A stretch of 64,000 nt of DNA, from the NCBI RefSeq assembly GCF_036507355.1, contig NZ_AP027877.1. One strand, 5' to 3'. The position numbers and the translations under genes are program-made. This document shows, piece by piece, positions 59,746 through 64,000 of this stretch. This stretch comes from Escherichia coli. Its GTDB lineage: Bacteria; Pseudomonadota; Gammaproteobacteria; Enterobacterales; Enterobacteriaceae. Position 1 is the first letter of the stretch. Each line of letters begins with the position of its first letter. The notes below the pieces were generated by a model. The model made no database searches. It worked only from the letters and a program-made list of their open reading frames with translations, and was not told where the DNA came from.

Positions 59746-62700
59746 TTAGTCAAACTCCAGTTCCACCTGCTCCGAACCAATGAGGCCACGGAGATCGTTT
59801 AATAAACGATCGCTCGGAGAGACACGCCACGTCGCGCCAAAACGCAACCGCGCGCGTGCATCCGCCCTCTGATAGTAGAGATGTACTGGAATTGTCCCAG
59901 AGCGGTGGGGTTCCAGAGACTGACGGAGTCGGTTTAAAAGCTGGTCATCAATTTGCCTGTCCGTCAGCGAGATAGCAAGCCCGCGAGCATATTTTTCCCG
60001 GGCTTCGTCAATATCCATCACTTCGCGAGCGGTCATTTTAAGCCCACCGCTGAAGTCATCAAAGCTGACCTGTCCGCTGACGATAAGTATGCGGTCTTTT
60101 TCCAGCAATTGCTGGTATTTATCCAGGGCGTCAGTAAACAACATCACTTCCAGCCGCCCGGAACGGTCATCCAGCGTGCAGATACCGATACGATTGCCGC
60201 GCTTGGTGACCATAACCCGCGCGGCAACAACGAGCCCCGCAGCCGTGATGACTTTACCACGTTCTGTCGGGTGCATGTCTTTCAGCCTTACGCCTCCGAC
60301 ATAACGCTCAATCTCTTTTAAATACTGGTTGATAGGGTGTCCGGTCAGGTACAGGCCTAACGTTTCACGTTCCCCATCTAATACCACCTGCTCCGGCCAC
60401 GGTTGGCAGCTGGCGTAGGATTGTTCAATTTGTTCCGGTTCTTCGGCCAGCACGCCGAACATATCGGCCTGACCGATAGCTTCCGCTTTCGCGTGTTGAT
60501 CTGCCGCTTTTAACGCATCACCCAGCGAGTTCATCAGCGCCGCGCGGTGTGGCCCAAGACGGTCAAACGCCCCGGACATGATCAGTTTTTCCAGCACCCG
60601 CCGGTTTAACTTTTTGGTGTCGGTTCGGGCGCAGAGATCAAACAGTTCGCGGAAGTAGCCGCCTTTATTACGGGCTTCGATGATCGCCTCAATCGGACCT
60701 TCACCGACCCCTTTGATCGCGCCAATACCATACACGATTTCGCCGTCGTCGTTGACGTGGAAATGGTAAAGACCGGAGTTTATATCTGGTGGCAGGATTT
60801 TCAGCCCCATCCGCCAGCACTCATCCACCAGGCCCACCACCTTCTCGGTGTTGTCCATATCGGCGGTCATTACCGCCGCCATAAACTCTGCCGGATAGTG
60901 CGCTTTCAGCCATAATGTTTGATATGACACCAAAGCATAGGCCGCAGAGTGCGATTTGTTAAATCCGTAACCAGCGAATTTCTCCACCAGGTCGAAGATT
61001 TTCATCGCCAGTTCGGCGTTGATTCCGTTCTTTTCTGCACCTTCAGCAAATACAGAACGTTGCTTAGCCATCTCTTCCGGCTTTTTCTTACCCATCGCAC
61101 GACGCAGCATATCCGCGCCACCGAGGGTATAACCAGAAAGCACCTGGGCAATCTGCATGACCTGTTCCTGATACAGGATGATGCCGTAGGTTGGCTCCAG
61201 TACCGGTTTCAGGCTTTCATGCTGCCACTGTACGTCCGGATAGGAGATCTCTTCGCGACCATGTTTACGGTCGATAAAGTTATCCACCATCCCTGACTGC
61301 AACGGACCAGGGCGGAACAGTGCCACCAGTGCGATCATATCTTCGAAGCAGTCAGGTTGCAGACGCTTGATCAGGTCCTTCATGCCGCGCGATTCAAGCT
61401 GGAATACCGCCGTGGTTTCCGAGCGTTGCAGCATGTCGAAGCTTTTCTTGTCATCCAGCGGGATCGCGGCGATATCCAGCGGCGGCTCGCCATTCTTCGC
61501 CCGCCGCTTGTTGATCATCTCCAGCGCCCAGTTGATGATGGTGAGCGTACGCAAACCAAGGAAGTCGAACTTCACCAGTCCGGCGTATTCAACGTCGCTT
61601 TTATCAAACTGGGTGACCGGATGTTTGCCCTCTTCATCGCAATAAAGCGGCGCAAAATCGGTAATTTTGGTCGGAGCGATAACCACCCCACCGGCGTGCT
61701 TACCGGCGTTACGGGTGACCCCTTCCAGTTTGCGCGCCATGTCGATCAGCGCCTTAACTTCTTCATCCGCTTCGTAGATTTCCGGCAGCTGCGGCTCGGC
61801 TTCAAACGCTTTCGCCAGCGTCATCCCCGGATCGGGCGGGATCAGTTTCGAGATACGATCGACAAAGCCGTACGGATGCCCCAGCACGCGGCCTACGTCG
61901 CGGATCACCGCTTTCGCCGCCATCGTACCGAAGGTGATAATCTGCGATACCGCATCACGACCGTACATGTCCGCTACGTGTTCGATAACCTGATCGCGTT
62001 TCTCCATACAGAAGTCAACGTCGAAGTCAGGCATGGAGACACGTTCCGGGTTAAGGAAACGTTCGAACAGCAGGTCAAATTCCAGCGGATCGAGGTCGGT
62101 GATTTTCAGCGCGTAGGCCACCAGTGAACCCGCACCGGAGCCACGGCCTGGCCCTACCGGTACGCCGTTATCTTTCGACCACTGGATAAATTCCATAACG
62201 ATAAGGAAGTAGCCCGGGAAGCCCATCTGGTTGATAACCTGAAGTTCAGTCTCCAGACGTTCGTCATATTCCGGGCGGCGCTTAACACGTTCTTCCTCAT
62301 CAGGGAATAAAAAGGCCAGACGCTCTTCCAGGCCCTCTTTTGCACGCTTGACCAGATAATCTTCGGTGCTCATGTCCCCGGTCGGGAACTGCGGCAGGAA
62401 GTATTCACCAAGACGCACAGTTACGTTACAGCGTTTGGCGATCTCAACGGTGTTGGCAAGGGCTTCTGGGATGTCGGCAAACAGCTCGCACATCTCCTCT
62501 TCGCTACGCATATATTGCTGCGGCGAATAGTTACGCGGGCGTTTAGGATCGTCGAGGGTAAAGCCGTCGTGGATCGCGACACGGATTTCGTGTGCATCAA
62601 AGTCGCTACTGTCGATAAAGCGCACATCATTGGTCGCCACGACGGGCAAACCGCGCGCTTCCGCCAGTTCCACCGCCGCGTGCAGATAGCTTTCTTCGTC

Positions 62701-63228
62701 CGGCCTGCCGGTGCGGATCAGCTCGAGAAAATAGCGATCCGGGAAGTGTTCTTCATAAAACGCGACACACTCATCTACCAGCGCGCTGTTACCACGCAAA
62801 AGACTGCGTCCGACGTCGCCCATGCGCCCGCCGGAAAGAAGGATCAACCCTTCGTTTAATTCGATAAGCCAGTCGCGATCGATGATCGGCCCGGCGGCAC
62901 CGTACCCGCGCTGATACGCTTTTGAGATCAGCAACGTCAGATTCTGATAGCCGGTATTGTTCGCCGCCAGTACCGTCAGGTGGGTTAACTCATCACCCAG
63001 CAGGTCGCACTGGACGTTAAAATCTGCCCCGACGATAGGCTTAATCCCTGCGCCATGTCCCGCTCCGTAGAACTTCACCAGACCGCAAAGGTTGGTGAAA
63101 TCGGTGATCGCCAGTGCTGGCATACCCAACGCCGCCGCCTTTTTTACCAGCGGTGCGGTTTTGGCCAGGCCATCGATCATCGAGTAGTCGCTGTGCACCC
63201 GCAGGTGTACGAAACGTGGTTCAGACAT
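59746..63228 (-). CDS. dnaE: DNA polymerase III alpha subunit
   Basis: 1160 aa; N-terminal PHP domain; [20 protein letters not shown]. Confidence 0.95.
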   Translation of the reverse strand: MSEPRFVHLRVHSDYSMIDGLAKTAPLVKKAAALGMPALAITDFTNLCGLVKFYGAGHGAGIKPIVGADFNVQCDLLGDELTHLTVLAANNTGYQNLTLLISKAYQRGYGAAGPIIDRDWLIELNEGLILLSGGRMGDVGRSLLRGNSALVDECVAFYEEHFPDRYFLELIRTGRPDEESYLHAAVELAEARGLPVVATNDVRFIDSSDFDAHEIRVAIHDGFTLDDPKRPRNYSPQQYMRSEEEMCELFADIPEALANTVEIAKRCNVTVRLGEYFLPQFPTGDMSTEDYLVKRAKEGLEERLAFLFPDEEERVKRRPEYDERLETELQVINQMGFPGYFLIVMEFIQWSKDNGVPVGPGRGSGAGSLVAYALKITDLDPLEFDLLFERFLNPERVSMPDFDVDFCMEKRDQVIEHVADMYGRDAVSQIITFGTMAAKAVIRDVGRVLGHPYGFVDRISKLIPPDPGMTLAKAFEAEPQLPEIYEADEEVKALIDMARKLEGVTRNAGKHAGGVVIAPTKITDFAPLYCDEEGKHPVTQFDKSDVEYAGLVKFDFLGLRTLTIINWALEMINKRRAKNGEPPLDIAAIPLDDKKSFDMLQRSETTAVFQLESRGMKDLIKRLQPDCFEDMIALVALFRPGPLQSGMVDNFIDRKHGREEISYPDVQWQHESLKPVLEPTYGIILYQEQVMQIAQVLSGYTLGGADMLRRAMGKKKPEEMAKQRSVFAEGAEKNGINAELAMKIFDLVEKFAGYGFNKSHSAAYALVSYQTLWLKAHYPAEFMAAVMTADMDNTEKVVGLVDECWRMGLKILPPDINSGLYHFHVNDDGEIVYGIGAIKGVGEGPIEAIIEARNKGGYFRELFDLCARTDTKKLNRRVLEKLIMSGAFDRLGPHRAALMNSLGDALKAADQHAKAEAIGQADMFGVLAEEPEQIEQSYASCQPWPEQVVLDGERETLGLYLTGHPINQYLKEIERYVGGVRLKDMHPTERGKVITAAGLVVAARVMVTKRGNRIGICTLDDRSGRLEVMLFTDALDKYQQLLEKDRILIVSGQVSFDDFSGGLKMTAREVMDIDEAREKYARGLAISLTDRQIDDQLLNRLRQSLEPHRSGTIPVHLYYQRADARARLRFGATWRVSPSDRLLNDLRGLIGSEQVELEFD

Positions 63229-63264
63229 CTTCAGATTCCGGTTTACTTAATCTCGACACAAGAA

Positions 63265-63861
63265 TCAGGACGCAAGTCCCAGTGCGCGTTTGACAGGCCC
63301 AAAGCTGCGCCGATGATGTTCGGTCGCGCCGTGTTCAGCCAGTTTTTCCAGATGAAAAGCGGTTGGATACCCTTTGTGTTGGGCAAAACCATATTGCGGG
63401 AAAACAATATCCAGCGCCGCCATTTCGGCGTCGCGCGTCACTTTCGCCAGGATAGACGCGGCACTGATTTCCGGTACGCGGCTATCGCCTTTCACCACTG
63501 CCATCGAAGGCATCGGTAATTTCGGGCAGCGGTTACCATCAATCAACACATATTCCGGCGCAATATGCAGCCCAGCGACGGCACGCTGCATCGCCAGCAT
63601 GGTCGCATGAAGAATGTTCAGCTCGTCGATTTCGTGGGGTTCCGCGCGGCCCAGACTCCAGCTCAACGCTTTCTCTTTGATCTCTTCGCAGAGCGCCAGA
63701 CGGCGTTTTTCGCTCAGCTTTTTGGAATCATTCAGCCCGGCAATCGGGCGCGCCGGGTCGAGGATCACCGCAGCGGTGACGACCGCGCCAACTAACGGCC
63801 CGCGTCCGACTTCATCCACACCCGCAACCAGCTGCGTGTGCGGATAAACAAATTCGATCAT
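63265..63861 (-). CDS. rnhB: ribonuclease HII
   Basis: 198 aa [28 protein letters not shown]... Confidence 0.9.
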
Positions 63862-64000
63862 TGTGCTAACTCCAGAACGGCTTGTGCCGCCTGCTCATCG
63901 GCATTGCAGCGGATCTGCTGATGCAGTTCACGGAAGGTATCGTGCATCGCGTGGCTGGTTTTCCCGTTCGCCAACAGCGGTAACAGCGCCGCAGCCAGTT
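63858..64000 (-). CDS. lpxB: lipid-A-disaccharide synthase, 3' end (partial, runs off the window)
   Basis: open minus-strand frame ending with a stop that overlaps the rnhB start; conserved lpxB-rnhB-dnaE order. Confidence 0.55.

Noticed and set aside
61357-62127. 256-aa plus-strand ORF
   Set aside because: Entirely antisense to dnaE; Arg-rich and biased composition typical of antisense frames in GC-rich coding DNA.

Overview
Enterobacterial (E. coli/Shigella-type) chromosome segment, reverse-oriented relative to the K-12 map, recognised from the translated ORFs. Core genes: yafK-yafJ-gmhA-fadE-ivy-yafV (1-6290); then dnaQ, rnhA, yafS, gloB, mltD, yafE, yafD, yafC, dkgB, the rrnH operon (aspU, 5S, 23S, alaV, ileV, 16S), gmhB, metNIQ, rcsF, tsaA, proS, an IS-disrupted yaeF, nlpE, arfB, yaeQ, yaeP, rof, tilS, yaeR, ldcC, accA, dnaE, rnhB and the 3' end of lpxB. 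Between yafV and the 3' end of tRNA-Asp aspV (about 6290-29860) lies a ~23.6 kb accessory island. Its left part is a decayed type VI secretion (T6SS) cargo region: hcp, a vgrG missing its 5' third and interrupted near its 3' end by an IS600-like element, an HExxH-motif candidate effector translationally coupled to that vgrG with a candidate immunity gene, a second vgrG 3' remnant followed by a DUF4123-like adaptor and a Tle-type DUF2235 lipase, H-repeat (ISAs1-family) transposase remnants flanking two orphan ORFs, and a 52-codon tssB stub cut by a second IS3-family element. Its right part is a CP4-like cryptic prophage remnant (reverse transcriptase fragment, YeeP/YkfA-like GTPase, antirestriction protein, RadC-like protein, CbeA/CbtA toxin-antitoxin) with no integrase. 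The most interesting uncharacterised candidates are the vgrG-coupled HExxH protein and its neighbour, a 32-bp perfect palindrome at that neighbour's start, and the Tle module with no adjacent immunity gene. All calls rest on reading the sequence and on recalled family features; no database search was run, and family names for island genes are hedged accordingly.
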